Of a DNA stretch of 64,000 bases, positions 34,559-44,222 are shown piece by piece. Each line of letters starts with the position of its first letter. Within the stretch, counting starts at the first letter, position 1. The translations under genes and the position numbers were made by a program. A model generated the notes under the pieces. It worked only from the letters and a program-made list of their open reading frames with translations. It was not told the origin of the DNA and made no database searches. The stretch lies in assembly GCA_016432525.1 (NCBI GenBank), contig CP066693.1, forward strand, positions 224,815 to 288,814, written 5' to 3'. This DNA is from Candidatus Woesebacteria bacterium. Its GTDB lineage: Bacteria; Patescibacteriota; Microgenomatia; UBA8517.

Positions 34559-36845
34559 TTTAGATCTTGATTATCATACATTTTTGGCCTGGAGCAACAT
34601 ATTAGTTCATAACGGTTTTAATAATTTTTATAACGGTTGGTCTGATTATCTTCCTGGCTATTTATATATTTTATATTTTTTAGGAAAAATAAAAACCATC
34701 GTTCCTTTACCAGAACTTTTTATTTACAAACTACCAGCAATTTTGGCAGATTTGGCAACTGGATTTCTAATTTATAAAATTGTCAAAAAACTAAAATCAG
34801 AAAAACTAGCCCTAATATCTTCAATTTTATATATCGCAAACCCCGCAATTATTGCAAATTCAACTCTTTGGGGACAAGTTGATTCTTTAACAACTCTATT
34901 TACTCTCGCATCTATTAGTTTATTTCCACAAAATTGGCTTGCATCAAGCCTTATTTTAAGTGTCGTAGCAAGCATTAAACCTCAGGGAGCATTAGCAGCA
35001 CCAATTATTTTATTTATGATGATAAAAAGAAAATGGAGCCTAAAAAGTATATCAATCTATATCATAATTTCATTAATTTTCTTTATCTTGTTATTCGTAC
35101 CTTTTAATAATACAAATAATCTAATAGGCTTTATAATTAACCGCTTAAATGTAACTACCGGACAATATTCATACACTAGTATAAATGCATTTAATTTTTG
35201 GGGACTTTTTGGATTTTGGCAACAAGACAGCCTCGTAAAGGCGGGGATAGGATACAGTTTGATATTCTTTTTCTACATCATTTTTGCAGTAAAATTATGG
35301 GATAAAAAGGGAAGTGAATACATTCTGACTTCTATAATTTTCACGACAAGTTTCTTATTTTTCACGAGAATGCACGAAAGACATTTACTTCCAGCTCTTG
35401 CGCCATTATTAATAACAGCATCAATTTATCCGGCAACCTTTATCACTTACTGCTTACTCTCCCTAGGATACATCGCTAATTTATATTACTCATTTGTGTG
35501 GATAACTCAGTCTTTCAAATCAATCTTTTCAGATCTTATTATAAAAGCGTTTACAATCGTCAATCTGTCGTCATTAATTTTTATAATTAAACCAATTTTT
35601 TTTCAAAATAAAACTGAATTTAAAAAAGATCTCCCCGACCCTCTCCCCTCTTTAAAATTAAATAAAAATCAATCAAAAAAATTTTTATTTCTGATACTCC
35701 TATTTGCATTCCTAACCAGAACTATTTCGCTCTCAAATCCAACTCATGAATATTTTGATGAAGTTTATCACGCATTTACAGCCAGAAGGCTCATTCATGG
35801 CGATATTAAAGTCTGGGAATGGTGGAACCCCTCCCCCGAAGGCTTTGCTTATGAATGGACCCACCCCCCAGTTGCAAAACTTGTGATGTGGACAGGGATG
35901 AAGATTCTTGGTGAAAACTCCTTTGGCTGGAGATTTCCGGCAGCAGTAGTCGGAACCTTAACAGTTTACTTAGTTTACAAACTAACTTTTGAAATATTTA
36001 AAGATGAGGCATTAGGGCTACTTGCTGCAGCTACATTCGCTCTCGAAGGTCTTCCTCTTGTTTTATCAAGAATCGGAATGAATGATATTTATTTTTTATT
36101 TTTCACTCTTCTTTCTCTTTTCTTGTTTATTAAAGATAAAAATTTTCTTTCAAGTGTAAGCCTCGGTTTAGCAGCAGCTTCCAAATGGAGTACATTATGG
36201 GCAATACCTATTTTATTTGTAGCCTTTTTCGTTCTCAAAAAAAAGCTAAAAGTAAGCCATATTTTCTTTTTTATAATTCCACTAATTGTTTATTTGGCAA
36301 CTTACATACCCATGTTTACATCAGGCCACACTCTCGACACATTTATTGGAATGCAAAAACAAATGTGGTGGTATCATACAAATCTTAAAGCAACTCACCC
36401 ATACACTTCTCTTTGGTACACTTGGCCATTTTTAATTCGCCCAATTTGGCTTTATACCAGTGGTGAAATAGGAGGATATATTTCAAATATTTACGCTCAG
36501 GGAAATCCAGTAGTTTTTTGGTTTGGAGTTATTTCAATTGCTACAACAATTTTCTATACTATCAAAACTAAAAGTAAAAAATTAGGATTTATCGTTTTCA
36601 GCTATCTTGTGTTTTTTGTTCCTTGGGCAGCATCCCCTCGTATTATGTTCCTTTACCACTATCTCCCCTCAATTCCATTTATGTGTATGGCAATAGCCTA
36701 TGTATTAAGAAAAAATCCCAAATATATTCCTATATTTTTTACTTTTGCCCTTATTGTATTTATTTATTTATACCCACACTTTACAGGTATAAAAGTTCCA
36801 GTTTGGCTCGATAATTCCTATTATTGGTTTGACAGTTGGAAGTAA
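34473..36845 (+). CDS. Large GT-C fold glycosyltransferase with PMT-like domain (two membrane modules)
   Basis: 790 aa polytopic. The second module carries HEYFDEVYHAFTA...WTHPP, like protein O-mannosyltransferase (PMT/GT39) proteins. The first module is ArnT-like. Confidence 0.6.
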   Translation: MKKNKKARTIFIVLVLGFILRILLFNFGTLDLDYHTFLAWSNILVHNGFNNFYNGWSDYLPGYLYILYFLGKIKTIVPLPELFIYKLPAILADLATGFLIYKIVKKLKSEKLALISSILYIANPAIIANSTLWGQVDSLTTLFTLASISLFPQNWLASSLILSVVASIKPQGALAAPIILFMMIKRKWSLKSISIYIIISLIFFILLFVPFNNTNNLIGFIINRLNVTTGQYSYTSINAFNFWGLFGFWQQDSLVKAGIGYSLIFFFYIIFAVKLWDKKGSEYILTSIIFTTSFLFFTRMHERHLLPALAPLLITASIYPATFITYCLLSLGYIANLYYSFVWITQSFKSIFSDLIIKAFTIVNLSSLIFIIKPIFFQNKTEFKKDLPDPLPSLKLNKNQSKKFLFLILLFAFLTRTISLSNPTHEYFDEVYHAFTARRLIHGDIKVWEWWNPSPEGFAYEWTHPPVAKLVMWTGMKILGENSFGWRFPAAVVGTLTVYLVYKLTFEIFKDEALGLLAAATFALEGLPLVLSRIGMNDIYFLFFTLLSLFLFIKDKNFLSSVSLGLAAASKWSTLWAIPILFVAFFVLKKKLKVSHIFFFIIPLIVYLATYIPMFTSGHTLDTFIGMQKQMWWYHTNLKATHPYTSLWYTWPFLIRPIWLYTSGEIGGYISNIYAQGNPVVFWFGVISIATTIFYTIKTKSKKLGFIVFSYLVFFVPWAASPRIMFLYHYLPSIPFMCMAIAYVLRKNPKYIPIFFTFALIVFIYLYPHFTGIKVPVWLDNSYYWFDSWK

Positions 36846-36846
36846 A

Positions 36847-37251
36847 TTATAAAATCAAGAGTAAGGCTGATATTACAAAGAAAACTGAAGCCCCAATTCC
36901 CATCCAAGTTGGCCAATCAATTCCTGCCTGCGGAAGAGTTGTAACTTTTGAAGTGGGTACAGGTGTTGCTCTAATAATTGGTGTACTTGTAGATTTAATT
37001 GTGGCGATTGGTGTAGCAGAAGGGCTTGCAGTTGCAGTGTTAAATTCAGATCCTCCAACAGTTAAACTGGATGGTGTTGGATTAGGAGATTCAGTCGGTG
37101 GTAAGGTAGCTGCTGGAACATTCTCTGGTGCATTTAAAGAAACGCTCTGGTTTCTGAGTTGGTACAGTCTATAAGCTGTAAAAATTGAAACAGCCCCTAA
37201 AACAACAATTGCAATGACAATTAAAGCAGTAGTTTTCATCTCAACCTTCAA
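36847..37251 (-). CDS. Small Pro/Thr-rich envelope protein ending in LPQAG plus hydrophobic tail
   Basis: 134 aa. N-terminal TM/signal anchor, a PT-rich middle, and C-terminal TTLPQAGIDWPTWMGIGASVFFVISALLLIL. Confidence 0.5.
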   Translation of the reverse strand: MKVEMKTTALIVIAIVVLGAVSIFTAYRLYQLRNQSVSLNAPENVPAATLPPTESPNPTPSSLTVGGSEFNTATASPSATPIATIKSTSTPIIRATPVPTSKVTTLPQAGIDWPTWMGIGASVFFVISALLLIL

Positions 37252-38626
37252 TCTTCTTCCAAGCGATTACGCTTCCTACAAAAAGACCTAAAGCTATAGA
37301 AAGAAGCGCGATCGTTGCTCCACCCTCGCCTGCTGTGGGAAGCGCCGAAGGAGTAGAAGTAGGCTTAAGTGTTGCCTTTGGAGTAGGAGTATTAGTTGCA
37401 GCCACCGTAGGAGTTGGAGCAACTGTTGCCTTAGGACTCGCAGAAGGTGTAGGTGTTGGAGTGGGAGTGGGTGTTGTAGGTTTAAGAGTAGCCGATGGTG
37501 TTGAAACAAAAGATGGCTCGTTAGCTGCCTGAACTATAAATGATCGAGTGATACTTCTAAGTATTCCAGCTGCGTCTGTATAAGAAATAGTTATTGTGTG
37601 CGAGCCAGGCTCCAAATTAGAAGGTGGACTCCATTTCCAAACTCCAGTTGAAGGTACAGTTATTTTTGTGCTTTGTGTAGTAGATTGAACTGTTATGTTA
37701 ATGATCTGCCCAGCTGTTGCTGATCCAAAAAATTCGGGTTTAACACTTTTTACCACTTCTCCATTAGTAACACTATCAATAGTCACCTTTTTTGAAACAG
37801 TTGCGGATTGTTTAATTCCTCCAATATTAAATCCAGCTGAAGATGTAGCATTTGTGTCTTGCGGTAAATTTACTAAAGCCGATGGAGAATTAGTAAGATC
37901 CGTCCCTTGTTGGTTTCTAAAATCATAATTGTTTCCTAAAACTATTGTAGGAGTCGGGTTAGCAGCATTTGCGTAAATTTGTGCTGTGGAAACACCCTTT
38001 GATCCACCTTGAACAAACACTGAAAGCAAACTAGTTCCAGAAACTGTTGAGAAAGACGACAAATCGGTTACTCTTGCAGAAGAAAGCGGCAAAACCCACT
38101 TTCCGCTTAGATTTGTTTTAGTTGAAAGGATACTTATATTATCACCACTTAAATAGACAATGGTGTCAGCTGCGGGACCTCCATTGGAAAGAGTCACTGT
38201 TCCAGTAGCAACATAATTATTAGTTGATCCATTAATTGAAGCTCCAGTTTTAATTTGCCAAGCAATTCCAGAATTGTCATACAAAATAGAATTTGAATTG
38301 ATTTTGAAATAATACATAGTTGAAGGTTTTAGCTGTTGCAAGGTCACATAATGAACAGTTGAAGCACTTGCATTATCGGGTAATGCAGTCGCTCCAGGAT
38401 CTTTTGATTCTCCAAAAGAAACAAATCCACTTGTCGCAGTATCAGTCACCCAAGATACATTAAATGAACTATCAGATACGTTAGTAATTTTAATATCACG
38501 AGGTGCAGTAGACGGATTAGCGGAAGAATTAAATATTTGACGATTTCTAATAAGTAACACTGAAGAAATAAAACCAACAACTAAAAAAATAATGCCTAAA
38601 AGCGTTGGGATTTTTATTTTTTTCAT
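37241..38626 (-). CDS. Surface protein with FN3-like domain, Ser/Thr-rich beta region, PT linker and C-terminal LPTAG-TM-KK sorting-signal-like motif
   Basis: 461 aa. N-terminal signal/anchor. PRDIKITNVSDSSFNVSWVTD...YYFKINS is FN3-like. (PT)n linker, then ...SALPTAGEGGATIALLSIALGLFVGSVIAWKKIEG. Confidence 0.6.
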   Translation of the reverse strand: MKKIKIPTLLGIIFLVVGFISSVLLIRNRQIFNSSANPSTAPRDIKITNVSDSSFNVSWVTDTATSGFVSFGESKDPGATALPDNASASTVHYVTLQQLKPSTMYYFKINSNSILYDNSGIAWQIKTGASINGSTNNYVATGTVTLSNGGPAADTIVYLSGDNISILSTKTNLSGKWVLPLSSARVTDLSSFSTVSGTSLLSVFVQGGSKGVSTAQIYANAANPTPTIVLGNNYDFRNQQGTDLTNSPSALVNLPQDTNATSSAGFNIGGIKQSATVSKKVTIDSVTNGEVVKSVKPEFFGSATAGQIINITVQSTTQSTKITVPSTGVWKWSPPSNLEPGSHTITISYTDAAGILRSITRSFIVQAANEPSFVSTPSATLKPTTPTPTPTPTPSASPKATVAPTPTVAATNTPTPKATLKPTSTPSALPTAGEGGATIALLSIALGLFVGSVIAWKKIEG

Positions 38627-38964
38627 CTAAGTTTGGCTCCTTCTGATGCAACAGCCGACCCACTTGCCGGACTACTAGTACCCACTGGTGTGGCAGTAGG
38701 AGCGATAGCTGGCGTTGCTGTCGGTGTCGCTACTTTAATATTACCAATTTCCTCATCAGAAATGTATACCCTTTGTTCTAATTTGCCCAAAACAGTTGTA
38801 TCAAGTGTTGGATCAATTGGTGATAGAATTTCTGCTGGAACCGAAGGAGGAGGTTTTGTCATAAATATTTTTATCACTTCAAAGGCAATCCACACAACAA
38901 TGGTAATCAAAGTAAAAAAACTTGTTTTTACAATTCCTGGAATTTTTCTTTTAGTAGCACTCAT
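38623..38964 (-). CDS. Membrane-anchored Pro/Thr-rich protein (pseudopilin-like N-terminus?)
   Basis: 113 aa. KRKIPGIVKTSFFTLITIVVWIAFE is a hydrophobic N-terminus with FTLI, then a PT/A-rich tail. Confidence 0.4.
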   Translation of the reverse strand: MSATKRKIPGIVKTSFFTLITIVVWIAFEVIKIFMTKPPPSVPAEILSPIDPTLDTTVLGKLEQRVYISDEEIGNIKVATPTATPAIAPTATPVGTSSPASGSAVASEGAKLR

Positions 38965-39617
38965 TTTTTAATTCCTTCAAAATATATCGCTAATCCATTA
39001 ATAGTTAAAACTATCTGCTTAGTTCCATTGGTAGATTTTATTATGTCCGAGCTAAACCCAATCGAAGTTGGAAAAAGCGGCCTTCTCATGTTTTCAATAT
39101 CAGACAAATATGAAAATAATTGATCATAGTTTCCAGTAATATTTAAAGAAACAGGAAAACCCAAAGCTCCATTCTCAAGACTTTGATCAGGTTTTGTGCT
39201 AACTCCAAGTATTTGTGTTGGTCCAAAACTCTCAGAAATAGGCGAAAGATTATCCTTATTCAAAATTCCTTCAAACTGTCTTTGATAGCTAGAAGGATCT
39301 GGGTTGTCAGGTATAGAAGTCGCCAAAATCTGAATTCTATCTTTTTCCTTTTGATAAAGATCAGAAGCTGCAGTCAAATTTTTAATTTTTTGTTCCATTA
39401 TAGAAATCGTCTCCTCTTTGCCTTTATTTTCTTGAATTAATTGTGCAATGGTTCTAGCAGTTGGTCTAATTGCAAAAAGAAAAAATATTATGATTGTAAA
39501 AATCGAAAGCAAAATTTCAATAAATGCTTTGATATCAGATCTTTCGCGATACAAAACCAATATCCCCAAAAATTGCTTCTGATATTTTAAGTAATCTCTC
39601 TGCCAAGTTGCTGCCAT
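38961..39617 (-). CDS. pilO: Type IV pilus assembly protein PilO-like
   Basis: 218 aa. N-terminal TM, coiled coil, and C-terminal ITGNYDQLFSYLSDIENMRRPL matching the PilO core (G.Y..L..FL..L..L.R...I). Confidence 0.6.
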   Translation of the reverse strand: MAATWQRDYLKYQKQFLGILVLYRERSDIKAFIEILLSIFTIIIFFLFAIRPTARTIAQLIQENKGKEETISIMEQKIKNLTAASDLYQKEKDRIQILATSIPDNPDPSSYQRQFEGILNKDNLSPISESFGPTQILGVSTKPDQSLENGALGFPVSLNITGNYDQLFSYLSDIENMRRPLFPTSIGFSSDIIKSTNGTKQIVLTINGLAIYFEGIKK

Positions 39618-39619
39618 TT

Positions 39620-40165
39620 TTATACTTTAGTTAGTTTAATAGTAAACGTTACAAACGGATTATCTTCACTCATATCAAATCCAGTCAAAGTTATATTTGA
39701 AAACAAATTTGTAGCCTTAAGGTTTGAGATCAATTGAACAATCGATTGTTCAGAAAAACTATCTGCCTTTAAACTTATACCATCCTTGTCTGATGTTAAA
39801 GTGTCCAAAACAATATCATTAGGAAGAGCAGAAGTAATCTTAGAAAAAACTGAAGAAGTCAAATTTTTACTAGAAGTAATTGATGAAAATATAGAAATTT
39901 TTGCTTGTATGTTTTTAAACTCATTTTCAAATTTAGAAAAAGACGCAATTACAGCTTTTTTTGATTGGATCTGATCTGTTAAATCGTTCGACCTGGCGTC
40001 CAAAAAAAATCTTGAAATAAAAGCCAAAATCACAACAAATTCAGTAACAATAACAATAATTCTAAAGCTAGAAAGTACCCAATTTAAAATTCTTGCTCTT
40101 ACATCTGACTCTTCCTGTAAATTTGGAAGTAAATTTATACTGTTATTTTTCTCTCGGGCAGCCAC
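39620..40165 (-). CDS. pilN: Type IV pilus assembly protein PilN-like
   Basis: 181 aa. INLLP N-terminal motif, single TM, and periplasmic domain. Confidence 0.65.
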   Translation of the reverse strand: MAAREKNNSINLLPNLQEESDVRARILNWVLSSFRIIVIVTEFVVILAFISRFFLDARSNDLTDQIQSKKAVIASFSKFENEFKNIQAKISIFSSITSSKNLTSSVFSKITSALPNDIVLDTLTSDKDGISLKADSFSEQSIVQLISNLKATNLFSNITLTGFDMSEDNPFVTFTIKLTKV

Positions 40166-40199
40166 ACTTCAATATACCACAAAAATCTTAGTTTGTGTC

Positions 40200-40490
40200 T
40201 TACTTCTTCAAAACTTTTTTGGATATCTTTTTTGGAGTTTTTTCTTTCTTCATACTTTTCAAAGCTACTGCAGAAATTCTTGCTTTAATTCTTGAAGCCT
40301 TATTTTTGTGAATCAATTTTTTCTTTGCAGCTCGATCAGCCAAAGAATAAACATTATCTATATCCTTTTCGGCATGACTTTTTAGAGCTTTCCTAATTGC
40401 ATAAGAAAGACGCGATGTAATAATCTTATTGACAACGGCCTTTTTCTCGGATGAACGAAGGGCTCTTTTTGCTGTTTTTGTAACTGGCAT
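40200..40490 (-). CDS. rpsT: 30S ribosomal protein S20
   Basis: 96 aa, basic; MPVTKTAKRALRSSEKK... Confidence 0.8.
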   Translation of the reverse strand: MPVTKTAKRALRSSEKKAVVNKIITSRLSYAIRKALKSHAEKDIDNVYSLADRAAKKKLIHKNKASRIKARISAVALKSMKKEKTPKKISKKVLKK

Positions 40491-40526
40491 AGCTTTAAAG
40501 TATAATCCGAAAAAGCCAAAAATTCA

Positions 40527-42176
40527 ATGGTAAATAGTTTTTTTAAAAAAAGTAAAAAAATATTGCTTTCTCAACAGCAATCAACTCTTTCTGCTGCTGC
40601 AATAATTATAATAATGTCTGTAGCTTCATATATTCTAGGATTTGTCAGACAAAGAATTATTTTATCCTATTTTACTCCTCAACAGACCAGCCTTTTCTTT
40701 GCAAGCTTTAGGCTTTCAGATCTCATTTTTGAAATCTTAATCTTTGGAACTTACACTTCAGCTCTTATCCCGATACTTACAAAAACATTAAAAGCTGATG
40801 GAGAAAAAAAAGCCTGGGAAGTTTCATCACGATTTTTGACTATCACTATTGTAATTTTTGCCCTCTTTGCAACTATCGTAGGCCTTTTCTCAAACTCATT
40901 CTATAAAATAATAACCCCAGGCTTTTCAGATCTCGATATTCAAAAAGTAGCAAATCTTTCTCGAATTCTTCTAATCTCTCAGGTAATTTTTGTCGCAAGC
41001 TATATTCTTTCAGGAACTCTGGAAGCCTCCAAGAGATTTTTAATTCCAGCTCTAGCTCCAGTCTTCTACAATCTCGGAATAGTTATTGGTATTTTGTTTC
41101 TGTCTGAAAGATTTGATCTTACGGGTGCAGCAATTGCTGTAGTAATTGGAGCCACTCTCCATTTCATGATCCAATTACCTTTAGCTCTTAAACTTGGTTT
41201 TAGACCAAGTCTTTCCCTGAAACTAACCCAAGAAGTCAAATCGATTACAAAACTAGCCCTTCCTCGAATTGTTGACCTCAGCTTTGATCAAATACAACAA
41301 ACAATAGAACTATTTCTTGCATCTTTAATCTCAACTGCCTCATATACTTATTTCACCCTTGGAACAACAATTAGATTGCTACCTGTAAGCCTTTTTGGTT
41401 CCTCTCTTGCAAAAGCTGCCTTTTCAACTCTTTCAGAGCAAAAAGATGAGCCTCAAAAATTTGCAAGAACATTTCTTGCAACTGCATATCAAATTCTTTT
41501 TTGTGTTATCCCTATAGCAACTCTTTTTATAGTCTTAAGAATTCCAGTAAGCCGTCTTTTCTTTGGTACAAAAAATTTTGATTGGCAGGCAACAGTAGAA
41601 ACAGGTTTTGTAATTGCAGCCTTTGCCGTTGCGATTGTTGTACAGAGTTTAGGTCTACTTTTAGAAAGAGCATTTTATGCTCTTCATGATACCCAAACTC
41701 CTGTCTCAATTTCCTTAATTACAACATCAATAATAATCGTTAGTGAATTTATTCTTGTACAAAACCTTCACCTTCCTGTCTGGAGTCTGGCTGCTTCAGC
41801 TTCAGTAGGAATATCATTCCAAATAACCATTCTTATCTTTTTGCTTCAAAAGAGAACAATAAAACTTGTGAGTTTTAAAAATTTCATTCCAATCTTCAAA
41901 ATTATATTAAGCTCTTTCCTGGCTGGTTTAGTAATGTATCTTTTAATGAAAATTTTAGATGTAGCCATTTTTGACACTCAATACACTATAAATCTCTTAA
42001 TTCTTACCCTAATCGTAGCTCTGTCAGGTTTGATAACCTATATAGGAATTTGTTTCATTCTAAAACTAGACGAAGTAACTCTAATTATAAAACTTGTCAA
42101 AAACCAAATTAAGCTTGCTAAACCGAAACCAGGTGTCGAGCCTCTTACTCCCCCTGCTAGTGAAAACCTAAGCTAG
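40527..42176 (+). CDS. murJ: Lipid II flippase MurJ (MviN)
   Basis: 549 aa with 14 TM helices. N-terminal ...SRILGFVRQ...-like block and conserved Arg/Asp positions. Confidence 0.85.
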   Translation: MVNSFFKKSKKILLSQQQSTLSAAAIIIIMSVASYILGFVRQRIILSYFTPQQTSLFFASFRLSDLIFEILIFGTYTSALIPILTKTLKADGEKKAWEVSSRFLTITIVIFALFATIVGLFSNSFYKIITPGFSDLDIQKVANLSRILLISQVIFVASYILSGTLEASKRFLIPALAPVFYNLGIVIGILFLSERFDLTGAAIAVVIGATLHFMIQLPLALKLGFRPSLSLKLTQEVKSITKLALPRIVDLSFDQIQQTIELFLASLISTASYTYFTLGTTIRLLPVSLFGSSLAKAAFSTLSEQKDEPQKFARTFLATAYQILFCVIPIATLFIVLRIPVSRLFFGTKNFDWQATVETGFVIAAFAVAIVVQSLGLLLERAFYALHDTQTPVSISLITTSIIIVSEFILVQNLHLPVWSLAASASVGISFQITILIFLLQKRTIKLVSFKNFIPIFKIILSSFLAGLVMYLLMKILDVAIFDTQYTINLLILTLIVALSGLITYIGICFILKLDEVTLIIKLVKNQIKLAKPKPGVEPLTPPASENLS

Positions 42177-42196
42177 CTAATGCTGAAATAAAGTAA

Positions 42197-42532
42197 ATGA
42201 AACCTCTCCATGAAATTAAATGCGTTCCCTGTGAAGGGGGTGTTGCTCCCCTTAAACGAGATGAGTTTAATGCATATCTCCCTCAAATTCCAACCTGGCA
42301 AGTAGTCAACGACGATCATGCTCTTCAAAAAAACTTTGAATTTAAAAACTTTAAAGAAACTCTAGATTTTGTGAATAAAGTAGGAGCCCTGGCAGAGCAA
42401 GAAGGTCACCATCCAGATTTAAATCTTCACGACTGGAACAAATTAACTATAACTCTTTCAACTCATGCAATTGGAGGCCTTTTTATAAACGATTTCGCCC
42501 TAGCTTCAAAAATCGATCGACTTATGAGATAA
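42197..42532 (+). CDS. Pterin-4a-carbinolamine dehydratase (PCD/DCoH)
   Basis: 111 aa. EGHHPD and F.NF...F.....A.LAE blocks. Confidence 0.8.
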   Translation: MKPLHEIKCVPCEGGVAPLKRDEFNAYLPQIPTWQVVNDDHALQKNFEFKNFKETLDFVNKVGALAEQEGHHPDLNLHDWNKLTITLSTHAIGGLFINDFALASKIDRLMR

Positions 42533-42579
42533 TATCTTCAGCTAATTTCAACTCAAGCACTTTGAAAGGTTGATTAAAA

Positions 42580-42816
42580 ATGAAAGCAGCCAGTTACGTT
42601 CTTGGATTTTTTGCGATAATTGGATTAGGTAGCATAGCTTTACTTTTGATGTTTGTAGCGATGATAGTTTGTCTCACCATTTTAACTCCTTTGTTTCTCG
42701 TAATGTCACTCACAGCCAAAGGAAGAAAGGAAAGAAATCGTTTCATAGCAAACATTCTCGCAGGTCCAGATGGAGGTTATTTTCCAGACGAAGAGGAAGG
42801 TCGAGAATGGGAATAA
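42580..42816 (+). CDS. Small two-helix membrane protein (hypothetical)
   Basis: 78 aa with two TM helices; weak GAAAGG ribosome-binding site. Confidence 0.35.
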   Translation: MKAASYVLGFFAIIGLGSIALLLMFVAMIVCLTILTPLFLVMSLTAKGRKERNRFIANILAGPDGGYFPDEEEGREWE

Positions 42817-42979
42817 CTCATTACCAACACGAAGGTTTTAGAATCATCGTAGGAAGTGCTGCATTCACATTTTGGTTAGGAATGTTTTTCGTTACAATGT
42901 TACTTTCTCTTTTCTAGATTATATAGCGGGCATTCTCACAAAAACTTTGGGAATGCCCTAATCTTTTTTATTAACCCTC

Positions 42980-43016
42980 TTGACAGCTATTAGCACTCAT
43001 GTTATCTTACTGCTAA
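42980..43016 (+). promoter_or_regulatory. hrcA promoter (TTGACA-N17-TATCTT) overlapping a CIRCE operator TTAGCACTC-N9-TACTGCTAA
   Basis: -35 at 42980-42985 and -10 at 43003-43008. CIRCE at 42990-43016, with the left half perfect and the right half 7/9, overlapping the hrcA ATG. Confidence 0.7.
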
Positions 43017-43744
43017 TGACAGATGGACTAACAGCAAGGCAAGCGGAAATTCTCAAAGCTCTGATTACAGAATACATTGAAACAGCCATCCCTGTTGGTT
43101 CTCTCGCTCTTGAAAAGAAATATAGTTTGGGCATTTCCCCAGCAACAATAAGAAATGAAATGGCAAATTTGACCAAATTAAAATATTTAAAACAGCCTCA
43201 CACTTCAGCAGGTAGAATTCCCACTCCTCTTGCTATGAAGTTCTACATAAACCAGCTCATGGAAGAAAAATCCTTAAGTGTAGTTGATGAGGTAAAAACT
43301 AAAGAAAAAGTTTGGGATTCAAGATCAAATTTTGAAAAACTGATGGAGGAAGCAACAGAGGCCTTAGCTGAGAGAACAAATTCTTTGGCAGTCGCAGCAA
43401 CCGACGAAGGCGATGTCTGGCGAGCTGGTTATTCTCACGTTTTTGAAAGCCCAGAATTTTTTGATATTGAAGTTTGTCAAAACGTTTTTTCTTGTCTAGA
43501 AGAGGCAAAACGTATTCACGAACTTTTTTTTGAACATTTAACCGGCCTTTCTCTTGTTGAAGTTTTGTTTGGAGAAGAGTTAAACTGGCCTTTCTTTGAT
43601 CAAATTGGAGTAGTGGGAACCCGTTTTGATGTAGGCGGTCACAAAGGAGCCATCGGTGTAATTGGCCCATTTAGACAAAACTATATGGAAGTTATTCCAA
43701 CAGTAAGATATTTTAGAAATTTAATAGAAGAATTAAGTCGATGA
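43016..43744 (+). CDS. hrcA: Heat-inducible transcription repressor HrcA
   Basis: LTARQAEILKALITEYIETAIPVGSLALEKKYSLGISPATIRNEM is the HrcA wHTH. The likely start is ATG 43016; the ORF track extends to an upstream TTG at 42980. Confidence 0.85.
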   Translation: MTDGLTARQAEILKALITEYIETAIPVGSLALEKKYSLGISPATIRNEMANLTKLKYLKQPHTSAGRIPTPLAMKFYINQLMEEKSLSVVDEVKTKEKVWDSRSNFEKLMEEATEALAERTNSLAVAATDEGDVWRAGYSHVFESPEFFDIEVCQNVFSCLEEAKRIHELFFEHLTGLSLVEVLFGEELNWPFFDQIGVVGTRFDVGGHKGAIGVIGPFRQNYMEVIPTVRYFRNLIEELSR

Positions 43745-44217
43745 AAAAAGTCAAAGAAGAAAAAGTCGCACATAAAAATCCAAAAGAAGAAGAGCTAAAA
43801 AATCAATTAGCAAAAGCATTAGCAGATTATGATAATTTAAGAAAGAGGACAGATGAAGAGAAAAAAGTTTGGATAACGTTTGCAAGCCAAAGAATTTTAG
43901 AACAATTATTGCCAGTTCTTGATAATTTAGAAAAAGCACTAAAACACACTCAAGATCAAGGTTTGGCAATAGCTGTAACTGAATTCAAAGCTTTATTAAA
44001 AGATGAAGGATTAAAACAAATCAATCCCCAAAAAGGAGACGATTTTAATCACGATTTAATGGAGGCAATTGAAACTATTGAAACAGAAGATAAAAATATG
44101 AATAATAAAATAGAAAGCGTGGCAGTTGCGGGTTGGAAATTCGAAGCCTCGCCTGCCGGCAGACAGGATGGTCCAGTTATTCGTCACGCAAAAGTAAAAG
44201 TTTACAAACAAAAATAA
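43741..44217 (+). CDS. grpE: Nucleotide exchange factor GrpE
   Basis: 158 aa. Coiled-coil N-terminus and [18 protein letters not shown]-terminal beta region. Overlaps hrcA by 4 nt. Confidence 0.8.
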   Translation: MKKVKEEKVAHKNPKEEELKNQLAKALADYDNLRKRTDEEKKVWITFASQRILEQLLPVLDNLEKALKHTQDQGLAIAVTEFKALLKDEGLKQINPQKGDDFNHDLMEAIETIETEDKNMNNKIESVAVAGWKFEASPAGRQDGPVIRHAKVKVYKQK

Positions 44218-44222
44218 ATAAT

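Noticed and set aside
36836-38971. ORF-track entries on the plus strand (36836..37174, 37335..37532, 37695..37928, 38633..38971) and short minus ORFs (36873..37058, 37294..37509) inside the PT-rich genes
   Set aside because: These arise from low-complexity (ACN/CCN)n coding repeats that stay open in several frames. They lie antisense to, or out of frame with, the coherent surface-protein genes that carry signal peptides and sorting-like tails.
42669-42917. 82-aa Arg-rich ORF overlapping the 78-aa membrane-protein gene in another frame, and a possible 36-codon TM mini-ORF starting at the 42807 ATG
   Set aside because: The Arg-rich part overlaps the better-supported two-helix membrane ORF. Only the distal 36 codons are non-overlapping and no convincing RBS is present.
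44133-44222. Upstream extensions of dnaK (44133), hrcA (TTG 42980) and rpsO (TTG 54481) proposed by the ORF track
   Set aside because: The canonical N-termini ([11 protein letters not shown], the HrcA wHTH, MALTSEEK) begin at internal ATGs. The extensions overlap upstream genes or promoters (grpE; CIRCE and the -35 box).
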